The notes under the pieces were generated by a model. That model did no database searches. It was not told the DNA's origin and saw nothing but the letters and a program-made list of their open reading frames with translations. Shown here piece after piece: positions 1-10,142 of a DNA stretch of 64,000 nt; position 1 is the stretch's first letter, and the number at the start of each line of letters is the position of its first letter. The stretch is from a virus. The position numbers and the translations under genes were made by a program. Location of the stretch: IMG/VR virus record IMGVR_UViG_3300046096_000411, positions 29,363 to 93,362 of that record. One strand, given 5' to 3'.

Positions 1-215
1 GGAATGGAGTCGTAGCCAGTGCGGCGCATGGCCAGCGTGTGGTAGTCGTTCCCGGGCAGCGCGGCCCAATCCACCCAGCGCGACCACACATCGGTCTGGA
101 GATTGAGGGCGGTCACGTCGCTATTAACGGTGATTGTGCGCGCCAGGCCGTTGAAGGCGACCTTTTTGTTTTGCGCCCACTCAGCCCCCCATGCGCCCCA
201 GACTAGAGCGGCCAT
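1..215 (-). CDS. Virion structural protein, N-terminal part (runs off window)
   Basis: ATG at 215 reads MAALVWGAWGAEWAQNKKVAFNGLARTITVN...; directly follows the 219..1580 ORF. Confidence 0.6.
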   Translation of the reverse strand, partial: MAALVWGAWGAEWAQNKKVAFNGLARTITVNSDVTALNLQTDVWSRWVDWAALPGNDYHTLAMRRTGYDSI

Positions 216-218
216 CGA

Positions 219-1580
219 TTACCAAAGCTCCTTGTAGCCCAGATTCAAGCTGGCGCTTGTGGCACTCGCCGTCAGGCGCGTAACCAGCACCGACCACACC
301 TCTGGCTGGCCGTTCGCGGCCGTCATGATGCCCTCGTCGTTCTTCTCGAAATACTGATCGAGGTCGAACGCATTAGCGCCAGCGCCGAAGTAGATCGTCT
401 TGAACCGTTGCGCTGCCGACGTATCGACCGCTCCGGTGTAGTTGACCTCGCAGGCCGACGCCAAAGCGTCCCACGTGCCGCCAGTGACCGCCGTGTTCTG
501 CCACAGCGTGACGGCCACCGGCTGGTCGCACCACGCGTTGAGCGTCTCAGGGTACACCACCACGCTGTTGTGCTTGCCGTTGTAGGTAGCCAGCGTGCGG
601 ATGCTGAAGGCGACGGTATCGGCGGTCACGCCGGTCAGCACGCGGTCCACGTCCGCGAAGCGCCAGAACGCGTAGTCCGCAAAGTCGCCCTCGGTGTAGA
701 CCGCCGAGCAAACGGACCGAAGCTCGCTCGAAGAACCAGTGGCGCCGGTGTTGATGTTTTCCAGAGCAACCGGCAGCGTCCCAGTCCGCATATACGGCAG
801 AGTGTGGGCGCCAGCATTCTGGAATGTGTGGCACGTCACGCGAGAGCCATCTGGCGCGAACACGCCAAAGCGCACGCGGCCAGCACCAAGCCACTGGTAG
901 TCGATCCAGTAGACGTTGATCCCGGTCAGGTTCACGGCGTATCCACTCAGGCCTGTGCCATCAAGACGGTCGCCGCTCCACGCTGTGCTGGGGACGCGAG
1001 TCTCCACCACAGAGCCGCTGGTGCTGTTGCGGATCACGGCATTTAAGGTCGTGCCCTGCAGCTCGAAGAACACGCCATCGTTGTCATCGAAGCCGCCCCA
1101 ACGGCGCGAGTTGCCAGCCTTTCCGGTGTCGCTCAGCGCGATTGTCTCCAAGAACAGGTTGGAGCTGCCTGGTTCGTAGTAGTGATAACGGTTGGTTGTC
1201 ATCACCACGCGGCTGCCTGCCGCGCCATTGACGCTGAGCACTTGGCTCGACTCCGATGGCGTGTAGCTCGATGCGCCGCCGTTGGCCGTCACCGTCGAGA
1301 ACAGCGCCTCGTAGGTGTCGAGGCTGCTCTCGTAAACACCCAGCGCGCGGGCGGCGCTGACCTTCAGAGAGCCGAAGCCGGACAGCGTTGGCTGCCCTTC
1401 CGCAAAACGGACTGAGGCTGAACCCTGAACGTCGACCGCCAGCATATTGCCGGGCGTCTCCCGGTCGGCCAGATGGAGAACCTGGGCCTGAACGGTGTCG
1501 GCGCCGACGACATGCTGCTGCGAAAAAAGCTTCTTGCCGGTGCTGTCAGGGGGTACCTGAACGAATGAATCCGTGCCCAT
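219..1580 (-). CDS. Putative virion structural protein (beta-rich)
   Basis: 453 aa, T/S/G-rich, in a tightly packed late operon. Confidence 0.6.
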   Translation of the reverse strand: MGTDSFVQVPPDSTGKKLFSQQHVVGADTVQAQVLHLADRETPGNMLAVDVQGSASVRFAEGQPTLSGFGSLKVSAARALGVYESSLDTYEALFSTVTANGGASSYTPSESSQVLSVNGAAGSRVVMTTNRYHYYEPGSSNLFLETIALSDTGKAGNSRRWGGFDDNDGVFFELQGTTLNAVIRNSTSGSVVETRVPSTAWSGDRLDGTGLSGYAVNLTGINVYWIDYQWLGAGRVRFGVFAPDGSRVTCHTFQNAGAHTLPYMRTGTLPVALENINTGATGSSSELRSVCSAVYTEGDFADYAFWRFADVDRVLTGVTADTVAFSIRTLATYNGKHNSVVVYPETLNAWCDQPVAVTLWQNTAVTGGTWDALASACEVNYTGAVDTSAAQRFKTIYFGAGANAFDLDQYFEKNDEGIMTAANGQPEVWSVLVTRLTASATSASLNLGYKELW

Positions 1581-1593
1581 CGGTTACTCCAAT

Positions 1594-3186
1594 TTAAGCC
1601 GCTGTGTAGGACGGGTCTGCCGTCGGACTGATGGCCACACCCATGTTAGCCGGTCCAAGCGTGAAGGCCGTATTCTCGGGCTCAATAAAGCCGGGACGGT
1701 TCCAAGTCAGGCGCAACGGGATCGGTGTGTTTGGTGGGTGGCCGCCGTTATTGTACGTTGAGTACGCGACAACAATATCCTGCGATGCAGCGATGGTGAT
1801 GTCCTTCTGGTCGGTGCCAGCCTCGTTCTTCAGGTACACCGGGGTTGCGGTGCCGAATGAGTCCTCGTGGATCAGCGAGAACGTGCCGCCGACAGCCAAA
1901 GAAGGAGCCGAAGGGGTCAACGTATAGATGGCGGGCCATGCGCGATTATTGCCAGTGGAATCCACCAGCGTCAGGTTGTTACGCTGGCTGGCCTTGTAGT
2001 CCAGCAGGTACGCCTTGACGGTGAAAGCGTCACCGGAGAACACGGTGAGCGGCCACTGCTTGTCGCCGCGCTTGGTTGAGCCTGTGCCGTCGCTGTTGAC
2101 GTTGGTCGGCTGGCGCCACAGGTAGTTGATCTTCTGGTGGACGGATTCGTTGGTCTGCAGGTCGCCGTCAACATAACCAGTGAAGTTGTACGGTGTGCCG
2201 TCCACGCTGCCGGAGTAGATGCTATCCACGTCCAGGTTGTAGGTGATGTTGGCAAATATACCGCCAGCAGCAATGGTTGCGTCCGCGACGATCAACTTGG
2301 GGTCGATTGCGTTGGCTGCTGAGATTGGGATAATCTCGGCGTAGTTCAACGCGTGCTGTTCCATGATGATGGTCTTGCCTTCGATAGCAAGACGCGTGTA
2401 CCAGGTGCCGCGCTTATCAACTGGGGCGCCGCCGTTGTAGTCGTACAACAACACCAACTGGTTGGCGTAGCCGGTCATCACGAAGTTATTGGGCGCGGTC
2501 AGCTCGGAATCCGAGCTGGGCCAGTAAGTGATCTGGTCGGATGGCGCGTGCGCGTTGCTGGTGGAGCGCAGCAGGGCATAAATCTTGGTGGCCGCAGCGG
2601 TCTTGCTGGGGCGGAGTTCCAGCGCCGTATCGCGGATCGCGTTGGTTGTGCTGGCGTCGTGCGGCTCCCAGCCGTTGATCGAGGCAATCGACTTGGCGCG
2701 AGGCTCAATAGACGTGAAGGCAGGATCGTACTTATCCAGGTCGCTGGTGTCCCACAAGTCGACCATTTTGGATGCCAGGATAATACCCTGCACGCCATCA
2801 ATGAAAGACAACCCGCCAGCCGCCAAGAACTGGTAGGTCTTCTTGATGGCCACGATGTTGATGTCGGCCCCGGCGGCTTCCGTTGCACCAGTGCCGCTGA
2901 CGATGGTTGCCGTGATGCTGGTCGCGCTCGCGGCAGACACCGTCGCGGTCAATCCCTCGTTTGCAGCACTACCTGTGTTGCTGAGTTTGATCACGTCACC
3001 GATGGCAATGGCACGGTTCACTACGCCAGCAGTCTCGCTGGAGCCCGTGAAGTTGGCAGCCGTGGTGCCAAGCGTCAGGGTTGCGCCCGACTTGGTGATC
3101 GAAATATCAGTGCCGCTTTTGTCGGCGATATGAAATTTAAGGTTGGTGCCAAGCGTTAGCCCAGCTTTGGTGGTGATTTTTGCCAT
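1594..3186 (-). CDS. Putative virion structural/fibre protein
   Basis: 530 aa, T/A/G-rich; C-terminus ...PTADPSYTAA. Confidence 0.6.
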   Translation of the reverse strand: MAKITTKAGLTLGTNLKFHIADKSGTDISITKSGATLTLGTTAANFTGSSETAGVVNRAIAIGDVIKLSNTGSAANEGLTATVSAASATSITATIVSGTGATEAAGADINIVAIKKTYQFLAAGGLSFIDGVQGIILASKMVDLWDTSDLDKYDPAFTSIEPRAKSIASINGWEPHDASTTNAIRDTALELRPSKTAAATKIYALLRSTSNAHAPSDQITYWPSSDSELTAPNNFVMTGYANQLVLLYDYNGGAPVDKRGTWYTRLAIEGKTIIMEQHALNYAEIIPISAANAIDPKLIVADATIAAGGIFANITYNLDVDSIYSGSVDGTPYNFTGYVDGDLQTNESVHQKINYLWRQPTNVNSDGTGSTKRGDKQWPLTVFSGDAFTVKAYLLDYKASQRNNLTLVDSTGNNRAWPAIYTLTPSAPSLAVGGTFSLIHEDSFGTATPVYLKNEAGTDQKDITIAASQDIVVAYSTYNNGGHPPNTPIPLRLTWNRPGFIEPENTAFTLGPANMGVAISPTADPSYTAA

Positions 3187-3198
3187 GATGGGCTCCTA

Positions 3199-4734
3199 TC
3201 AGGTTGCAGAATACGAAGGGTCCGGCGCCGATGTTACTGGCAGCTCTTGGTTGTTTGCGTTTAACGTGACGACAATGTCCTCGAACACGGTCCCGGGCAG
3301 CGTGAACTGTACCGTCACGGGCTTGTCATCGGGCGTGTAGCTGTAAATGTATGTTCCGGTGGTGACGTTGCCGTCGACCGCCAAGGTCTTGCTGCCGCGG
3401 CGCACGCGCACCTCGGTACCGACCGGTAGACCTGTAAAAGTCTTGGTGGCTGAGCTGACAACAACGACCGTCGCGCCAGCCGTGCGGTAGGTTGGCGTAC
3501 TGCCGCCGCTGATGTTGATAGTGACTGTACCGCTGGCGATGTTGACGAAAACCGCCTCATTGCCCGTGCTTCCGTTGGCGCCCGCGTAGCCTGTAAAGCC
3601 TACGTTTGTGAGCGTCAGGCTGGCCGCCGTCCCAGTGATCTCGATTGCGTACCCGGTTCCGTCGCTGACGAACTGGGTGTTGGTCACGAGCGCGCACTGG
3701 GCTGGGGTTCCGGTGACGGCGGTGGACCCGGTCGGGCGGTCGAATGTGCAGCCGTCATAGGTCGCGCCGCCCAGCGTCACGATCCCGCAGCGGCGGAAGG
3801 TGGTGTCGATCAGAAAGCTGTTGCTCAGGAAAGCGAAGGTATCCATGCCGGTGAACGAGCAGGCGTCAATGTTGACGGATGCGTTGTCCACGACTTGCAG
3901 GCGGCCCTTGGAAACGGAGCCCAGGGCGAGAAACGAAATGCCGGTCCAATCCACGCGGCTCGAAGCATTACGAATTTCGACCCGGTTGAAGTTGGCTGAA
4001 ACCTTGGTGGTGTTGTCGATCAGGATTTGCGTGTTGCTATCCCGGAAGTCCACCGCGCTGGTGTAGCCGAGCACCATCAGGCCCTTGAACTGGTACCCGC
4101 CGGGCACCGCTTCAATCAGGCCCCACCGGTTGCTTACGCTATCGTTTTGAGTCGCGTAGCCAGCGAAGGTGGCGTAGCCGTTGGCTAGGTCGCCGCCGTT
4201 GAAGCGGGACTCGCAGCGGCCATATCGCAGCGCGCCGGCGGCGAACGGGTTGCCCTTGGTCACAGGGTTGGCGTTGTTGGCGGCCCAGCCGAACGTCAGC
4301 AGCGTGGCGGTTGGAGCGCCCACGGTGTAGTCGGCCGTCAGGCTAGGGTCCACGGCCAGGTTCTGCCAGAGCTTGCCGGTGTGCACATCGGAGCCGCCAA
4401 GGTTCCATGCCTTGAATGCGGCAGTGCTGGAGCCAACGATCAGGCGAATGCCGCCGTTGGCACCAGTGGCCAGCGCGTTCTGGCAGCTGAAATACTGCCA
4501 CGCCAGAAACGCGCCATCGGTCGGGACAGTCACACCTGCACCAGCGGTGTAAACCAGTCCGCCCAAGCCGGTGGCGTTGTACGTCTTGGAAATGCAGCTG
4601 GTGCCGTTGATAAAGTAGTCGGTCTCGACCGATGGCGTCTGGCCAGCGGTCCACGTGCCCGGCTCTGTCCAACCCGTCGTGGCTTGCGCCGTGGACAGGG
4701 TGGACAGGTCGGTGGTGTAGCTGGCTGCCGCCAT
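3199..4734 (-). CDS. Putative virion fibre protein with beta-helix-like region
   Basis: 511 aa; repeated CSF/TTF/CTF turns; C-terminus ...APDPSYSAT. Confidence 0.6.
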   Translation of the reverse strand: MAAASYTTDLSTLSTAQATTGWTEPGTWTAGQTPSVETDYFINGTSCISKTYNATGLGGLVYTAGAGVTVPTDGAFLAWQYFSCQNALATGANGGIRLIVGSSTAAFKAWNLGGSDVHTGKLWQNLAVDPSLTADYTVGAPTATLLTFGWAANNANPVTKGNPFAAGALRYGRCESRFNGGDLANGYATFAGYATQNDSVSNRWGLIEAVPGGYQFKGLMVLGYTSAVDFRDSNTQILIDNTTKVSANFNRVEIRNASSRVDWTGISFLALGSVSKGRLQVVDNASVNIDACSFTGMDTFAFLSNSFLIDTTFRRCGIVTLGGATYDGCTFDRPTGSTAVTGTPAQCALVTNTQFVSDGTGYAIEITGTAASLTLTNVGFTGYAGANGSTGNEAVFVNIASGTVTINISGGSTPTYRTAGATVVVVSSATKTFTGLPVGTEVRVRRGSKTLAVDGNVTTGTYIYSYTPDDKPVTVQFTLPGTVFEDIVVTLNANNQELPVTSAPDPSYSAT

Positions 4735-7700
4735 TAAGCGGTCACCTCGGCGGCGCGCTCAGGAGCGATCAGGCCGACCTGTGCGAAGTAGGCCACCGAG
4801 TCAACGGTGAGCTGCTCCTGCAAGTTGATGTACCGGAGCACGTCGATGCGGGCCATGATGTCCTTGACCACCTGGTCGGTGCTGGCGCGGATCGCCACCA
4901 GCTCGGCCACGGTGAAGCGCGACAGGAACGCCACGCGGGTGGGAAGACTGCTCTTAAATTGGTCCAACCCGTAGTCCCACACGTTGAAGTTGAGGTCGGG
5001 TACCTGCCCGCTCATCTGGGCAATGGAATAGCCCTCGGGCCACTCGATATCGGTGGGGTCATCGGTGGTGACGCCGATCAGCTTCTCGCCGTTGCGGGTG
5101 ATGACATACCACTGCTTGTTGGGGTCGTAGGCGTCGTGCATCTGGTTCGACAGGCGGGCGTCAATCGCCGCGAAGTCGTCCAGCAGACGGGCCTGCACGG
5201 CGGCGGCAATATCGGCGGAGTCGCCAGTTTCTGCCACGGTTTCAGCCTGCACGGCCTCGTGCTGGTGCACTGGAATCAGGATGCTGCGGGCGTAAGGCAC
5301 GGTCAGCGTTTCGGTGTGGTAGCCCGCCTTGGTGATGGTGACCACGCAATCCCGCGCGGCCCGGTCTGGGTAGCTGATGGATGCCGTGGCGGTCACGCTG
5401 GAGCCCGAGAACACGGTGTCGCCGTCCAGCGCCACGGCGATGTGGCTGCCGAACTGCAGGCCGGTAAGCATGAGTGATGCATGTGGCACATCCAGCGGGT
5501 ACAGCGCGGCATTCTGGGCGACCAGAGTTGTGGAGCCGTCGATGCGAACGCTGGTGAGCTGGTTGCTGTAGTTGCTGGCCGTGCAGGTGATGCGCAGGCG
5601 TAGGCGGAAGCCGGTTGGGGTGACTTGCTCGGCTGCCAGTCGCGCCGTGGTCAGCACCTGGTAGGCGCCAGTGAAGCCAGCGCCACGGTCAATGTCGTAC
5701 TCGACGGTGTGTAGCGCGGTGTTGCTGCCAGACACGGCAAAGCCGGTCAGTCCGGTCCAGCCAAGCATGGGCGCGGGCATTTCCCACACGGCGGCGTCGC
5801 CCTGGGCCATGACGATGCCGCCTGAGCCCGTGAATTGCGGGTTGCCGGCCTGCAGGGTGTACGTGCCGTCGCTGGCCATTGGCTCGGTGAAGGCGACGAC
5901 CAGGCGCGCCGTGGTATCGCCGGTGAATGCGTCCCAGAATGGCGTGCCATAGGTGCCGGTGTAGTTGGTGGGCACAGAGCCGCCGTTGTGGCGGTTGCCG
6001 CGACTGATAGCCCGGCACTGGGTTGGCGCCTGGGTCTTGCTGGCGTCGGCGGTGTAGCAGTTTTCCTGCTTATGGCCGGTTGACGAGCTGTTGGGCAGCA
6101 CAAGGCCAGAGCGCAGCGCGGTGAGCCAGGAGCGGCGCAGCCATGCGTCAATGTTGTTGCCGCCGTCGCTGAAGAACTGGCCCATCACGTTCACGGTGCC
6201 GGCGTTGTACGGGGTGGCACCGGAGCCGACGTGCCCAGCAATCAGGTTGCGGGTGGTGCTGGCGTACACCAGTCCGCTGTACGGGTGGACGTTGGCTACG
6301 CCGGGCCAATTGCGGAAGTCCAGCACCTCGCAATCGGTGGCACCAAGCACCTCGACGGCATGGGAGGCTGACGTGGTGAGCGTGGTGCCGCGAACGTTGT
6401 CGGCGTAGGTGTGGCGCTTGATGCGAACCTTGGAGCCGTTGTTCACCAGTACGCGCTTGCCGACTGTCTCAGCCGCTTCGACCGTCACGTGCTCGCAGGC
6501 GTTGAAGAACGCAGAGCCCGCAACAGAGGTGCAGTCGCTGGCGAAGGCGCCACGCAGGCTGTCGAACGTCCACGCGCCGCCAAGGTTGCTGAAATACAGG
6601 GAGTAGTGGCTGGGCCCGGTGCACTCGGCGCGAACGCCGCCAATCCGCCCCACGATGCCACCGGCAACGCACTGCGTGATGCTGATCGGGCTAACTGCCG
6701 CAAAGCTGTTCTTGGTGGACAAGCCCACAAACAGGCCGTCAATCTCGGGGCGCGTCGCGCAGCGGCTCATGGCGAACTGGTCGCAGGTGTGCAGGTCTTT
6801 GATGGCAACGCTGTGCGGCTGGGCCAGCGTCCAGTACCACGCCCCAGTGCTGCCGCCGTGGCGCAAATTGCCGCCGAAGGCGAACGAGGTCTTGTAACGG
6901 CTTGACAGCGAATCGTTGGGGTCGCTGTTCACGGCCTTGTTGCCGCCACAGCTCTGCAGGATCAGGTTAGGCACGCGCACCAAGCAGCCAGTAGCAGGCA
7001 GATCGCCCGCATTTTGGTTGTCCGTGCCGCGCCCCAGCGTCACCAGGCCTGTGGCGCTGATATGCACGTAGCGGCTGCGGCTGTCGTCGGAGATGAGTGT
7101 GCTCTTGAACTTGGTGCCAACGTTGGCCCAGAAGGCGTACACGCCCGAGCCTGGGGCGGTCTCAATCTCAACGCCTGGGTAGTGGGTGGCGCCGTCGGCG
7201 CTGAAGTGTGGGAGCTGGATGGTCTGCCCGCGTGCACCACTGGTGACGCCAGCCGCAAACCAAATAGCCGCGCCGTTGTTGACGTTGAGCAGCCCGCGGC
7301 GGCCCATCACGATGGACTTGCCCTCGGCGCCAACGACAACCATCCAGCCGGTCTCGTCCGGGTCTGTGGCTGTGGCATTGATGCCGGTCAGGGCGCCAGC
7401 GGCGAAACCCGTGCCGCGCACCTTGAGCCAGCCGGAATTGGGCATGTTGCCGGTGTGAACATCGCCACCGGTCTTATTGGCCATCACGCACAGCAGCTCA
7501 GCCGTTGCCGCGCCCTGCGTGATGACGGAGCCAGCATCGGGCACACGCCCGGAGCCAGCAGAAAATGGGATCAAGCGCACCGCGCTGGAATCAATGAAAA
7601 GCTCGCCACCCAAGGTGCCGGAGCCTGTGATGTGCCCGAGTGGGCCACCTGTTGCCGATTGGTTCGGGCCGTAGCGGCTGTCGCAATCAATCGTGAGTTT

Positions 7701-7799
7701 TCCGCCGTTGACGCTGTAGCTGTCTGCGCCAGACTTACCCGCGAGTTCGGTGATGCGCTGCGCGCTCGTGACCGTGAAGTTAGCCATCATTCGACCCAT
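4734..7799 (-). CDS. Large virion fibre/spike-like protein
   Basis: 1021 aa, G/T-rich; C-terminal FLSRFTVAELVAI segment typical of tail-fibre-associated proteins. Confidence 0.55.
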   Translation of the reverse strand: MGRMMANFTVTSAQRITELAGKSGADSYSVNGGKLTIDCDSRYGPNQSATGGPLGHITGSGTLGGELFIDSSAVRLIPFSAGSGRVPDAGSVITQGAATAELLCVMANKTGGDVHTGNMPNSGWLKVRGTGFAAGALTGINATATDPDETGWMVVVGAEGKSIVMGRRGLLNVNNGAAIWFAAGVTSGARGQTIQLPHFSADGATHYPGVEIETAPGSGVYAFWANVGTKFKSTLISDDSRSRYVHISATGLVTLGRGTDNQNAGDLPATGCLVRVPNLILQSCGGNKAVNSDPNDSLSSRYKTSFAFGGNLRHGGSTGAWYWTLAQPHSVAIKDLHTCDQFAMSRCATRPEIDGLFVGLSTKNSFAAVSPISITQCVAGGIVGRIGGVRAECTGPSHYSLYFSNLGGAWTFDSLRGAFASDCTSVAGSAFFNACEHVTVEAAETVGKRVLVNNGSKVRIKRHTYADNVRGTTLTTSASHAVEVLGATDCEVLDFRNWPGVANVHPYSGLVYASTTRNLIAGHVGSGATPYNAGTVNVMGQFFSDGGNNIDAWLRRSWLTALRSGLVLPNSSSTGHKQENCYTADASKTQAPTQCRAISRGNRHNGGSVPTNYTGTYGTPFWDAFTGDTTARLVVAFTEPMASDGTYTLQAGNPQFTGSGGIVMAQGDAAVWEMPAPMLGWTGLTGFAVSGSNTALHTVEYDIDRGAGFTGAYQVLTTARLAAEQVTPTGFRLRLRITCTASNYSNQLTSVRIDGSTTLVAQNAALYPLDVPHASLMLTGLQFGSHIAVALDGDTVFSGSSVTATASISYPDRAARDCVVTITKAGYHTETLTVPYARSILIPVHQHEAVQAETVAETGDSADIAAAVQARLLDDFAAIDARLSNQMHDAYDPNKQWYVITRNGEKLIGVTTDDPTDIEWPEGYSIAQMSGQVPDLNFNVWDYGLDQFKSSLPTRVAFLSRFTVAELVAIRASTDQVVKDIMARIDVLRYINLQEQLTVDSVAYFAQVGLIAPERAAEVTA

Positions 7800-7969
7800 T
7801 TATTAAGGGGGCACCGAGTTTGCGGCAGCCAAGTTTTAGTAAGAATCGGGCAGGAGCAATTCCACAGCTTGCACCCCTCTACCCCCAAACCCAGCGGAAT
7901 GCGCTGGTCGCAAGACTTGCACGTAGCAAGTCGTTGCAAGCGGACAGTGGAGATACGAACCGGGTTCAT
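7787..7969 (-). CDS. Small Cys-rich (Zn-binding) protein
   Basis: CxxC...C...CxC...CP pattern; in operon. Confidence 0.55.
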   Translation of the reverse strand: MNPVRISTVRLQRLATCKSCDQRIPLGLGVEGCKLWNCSCPILTKTWLPQTRCPLNKWVE

Positions 7970-7986
7970 GCCCCTGCCCTTATGGC

Positions 7987-8877
7987 TTAGTTGCCTTGGC
8001 CGTTACCGCCAGCCAGACCGAACAAACGGCCGCGCAAAGCAGTGCGGAAGGACTGACCGTGCACCACGCAGTTCACGTTCTTGATCATGTCCACAGTAAT
8101 GAACGTGTCGTGAGCGGCGGCGTTGGATACTTCCAGAGCAGCCACAGCAGCAGCGGCACCAGCAGCAACACCAGCGGCGTTGTTTGCAGTTGCTTGGGCA
8201 GCGGCAGCGGCAGCTGCAGCGGCTGCAGCTGCAGTAGCAGCAGCGTCGGCAGCAGCTTGGGCGGCGGCGATGGAGGCAGCGCTGACGCTCAGGCCGGCAA
8301 CCGCGTCTTGCAGAGCGGTGATGCGAACGGACTGCTGTGCGTCGGAGGCTTCGAGGTTGGTGACCTTGTTGGTCAGGTCAGCAATCGAAGCGGTCAGGGC
8401 AACGCAATCGCAGTCACCACCGGTGCCGCCAGTGCCTTCCGTCTGAATGGTAACGATCTGCTGGGTCAACGTGGCGACCGTGGCCTCCAAGGTCTCCAAG
8501 TCGCTACGCAGGGCATCGTCGCCAGCAACGCGGGCAGCGGTTTCGCTGGTCAGGGCGGTCTGGATGGCTTCAACAACAGCAGCCAGGTCGGCAACAGCGG
8601 TGCTACCTTCCAGAACGTCCAAGCGGTTGTCCAATGCGGACAACTGGGCCAGGATGGACTGGGCAGTAAGCTGGTCGCCTTCAGTGTTGCTTGCCAACAA
8701 AGCATTCAGCGTGGCGATTTGCGCGCTGATAGCGTTGAGGTCAGCGCCCTGCAGGGCGAGGACTTGGTCAAATTTATCTTGGACCGCTTGGCCGATCTCA
8801 TCACCGAAGGTGGTGGAGATGCAGCTAATCAGCGTATTCAGTTCGTCGTTGTACGTGGTGGACATAAGTGTTTCCAA
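7987..8877 (-). CDS. Coiled-coil, Ala-rich fibre-like protein
   Basis: Heptad repeats and a long poly-Ala tract. Confidence 0.6.
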   Translation of the reverse strand: METLMSTTYNDELNTLISCISTTFGDEIGQAVQDKFDQVLALQGADLNAISAQIATLNALLASNTEGDQLTAQSILAQLSALDNRLDVLEGSTAVADLAAVVEAIQTALTSETAARVAGDDALRSDLETLEATVATLTQQIVTIQTEGTGGTGGDCDCVALTASIADLTNKVTNLEASDAQQSVRITALQDAVAGLSVSAASIAAAQAAADAAATAAAAAAAAAAAAQATANNAAGVAAGAAAAVAALEVSNAAAHDTFITVDMIKNVNCVVHGQSFRTALRGRLFGLAGGNGQGN

Positions 8878-8901
8878 TTAGGGATGGGGACAAACCGCCT
8901 C

Positions 8902-9102
8902 TCACGCGGGCGGCGTTGCGTTCTCCAGCGTGCTGGGGGAATCGGTGGAGCAACCTTGGCCGTTCAGGACGGCCTGCAGGTCGCTGATGCGCTGCATGTG
9001 AGACGCGATTTCGGCTTGCACCAGGCAATGCAAGAGCTCGCCAATTTGCTCGCCAATGGCCACCGCGAAACAGGACAGTTTCTCATCTAAGATGTTGCTC
9101 AT
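8902..9102 (-). CDS. Hypothetical protein
   Basis: 66 aa, co-oriented; N-terminus resembles that of the downstream ORF. Confidence 0.5.
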   Translation of the reverse strand: MSNILDEKLSCFAVAIGEQIGELLHCLVQAEIASHMQRISDLQAVLNGQGCSTDSPSTLENATPPA

Positions 9103-9137
9103 GTAGTTCCCTTGTGGATGCCAAAAGCAGCGGTAAA

Positions 9138-10142
9138 TTACGCCTGCTTCTGAACTGCTCGCGTTATGTTTCCGTCCTTGTCGCGCTCGATCTCGGTGAC
9201 CATGCGGCGAGGCTCCGGCAATTCTAGCGTCACGTTTGGAGCTGGAACCACGACCGGCTCAATATTCACGATAGGAGCCGCGACGTTGACCACGGGCGCT
9301 GGCACGACCACGGGGTCGATGTTAACGACCGGCGCCGCCACATGCACGTCTGGAGCCGCCACATTGACCACTGGCGCAGGCACCACAATCGGCTCGATAT
9401 TGACGACCGGCGCGGGCTGCTGGGGCACGTTGACGTGCACCACGGGTGGCTGAGCCTCTGGCACCGTGATGTTGACGATAGGCGCGACCTGCTCCGGCAC
9501 CTTGACGTCGATGCGCGGGTCAAAGTGGATGACGGGCTGGGCTTGCGCGAGCGCATGAATGGCCCCCACAAGCTGCGACTGCAGCTCGGCCAGACCATCC
9601 AGTCGGGCCACGATGGCGGAGGCGTCCTGGGCCCCGCTGGCGGCTACGGACGCAGCGGTCTGGTGCACAGCCACCACCATGCCGTCCAGCGACTTCGCCA
9701 GGTCGGATAACCCGTGAAGGTCAACGCGGGTCGCGGCAGGCATCAGACTGACGACTGGCGAATGAAAAGACTTGGCGAGAGACGACGGCCGGGCCTTGGG
9801 CTTGTCCAGCGCCAGGCGCTCGCCACGAGCCTCGGGCGGGATGCCGACATACCGGCGGTTGCCCGTCGAGTCTGCCACGATCATGCCGTCGGAGCCTTCC
9901 TCCAGAACCCGGTACCGCTGCACGGCCCGCTTTTTGTGTCCGGCGATGTGCTCCCACTTGACCTTATGCTGGGCGCCGCCGTGCTCCACGGTGCAGCCGT
10001 GCTGGCCGGCGCAAAGCACCTTGCCGGACACAGGGGTGCCGGCCTTGTGAAAATAAACCTCGTCGCCCGGGAACGCGTGGCACACGGCTGGCGTGGCCGC
10101 CTGCTTTTGGGTTGGCGACTTGGGGGCGTTGAAGCTGGCCAT
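9138..10142 (-). CDS. Head-associated protein with (A)PVVN(V/I) repeats
   Basis: Overlaps the portal stop; about 8 APVVNV-type repeats; two LAKS motifs. Confidence 0.65.
   Translation of the reverse strand: MASFNAPKSPTQKQAATPAVCHAFPGDEVYFHKAGTPVSGKVLCAGQHGCTVEHGGAQHKVKWEHIAGHKKRAVQRYRVLEEGSDGMIVADSTGNRRYVGIPPEARGERLALDKPKARPSSLAKSFHSPVVSLMPAATRVDLHGLSDLAKSLDGMVVAVHQTAASVAASGAQDASAIVARLDGLAELQSQLVGAIHALAQAQPVIHFDPRIDVKVPEQVAPIVNITVPEAQPPVVHVNVPQQPAPVVNIEPIVVPAPVVNVAAPDVHVAAPVVNIDPVVVPAPVVNVAAPIVNIEPVVVPAPNVTLELPEPRRMVTEIERDKDGNITRAVQKQA

Noticed and set aside
8140-8285. GCA/GCG-rich tandem tract
   Set aside because: Encodes poly-Ala within a CDS; not a CRISPR or non-coding repeat
9225-9500. 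Periodic imperfect repeats resembling an array
   Set aside because: In-frame APVVNV peptide repeats with synonymous variation; no constant repeat/spacer structure
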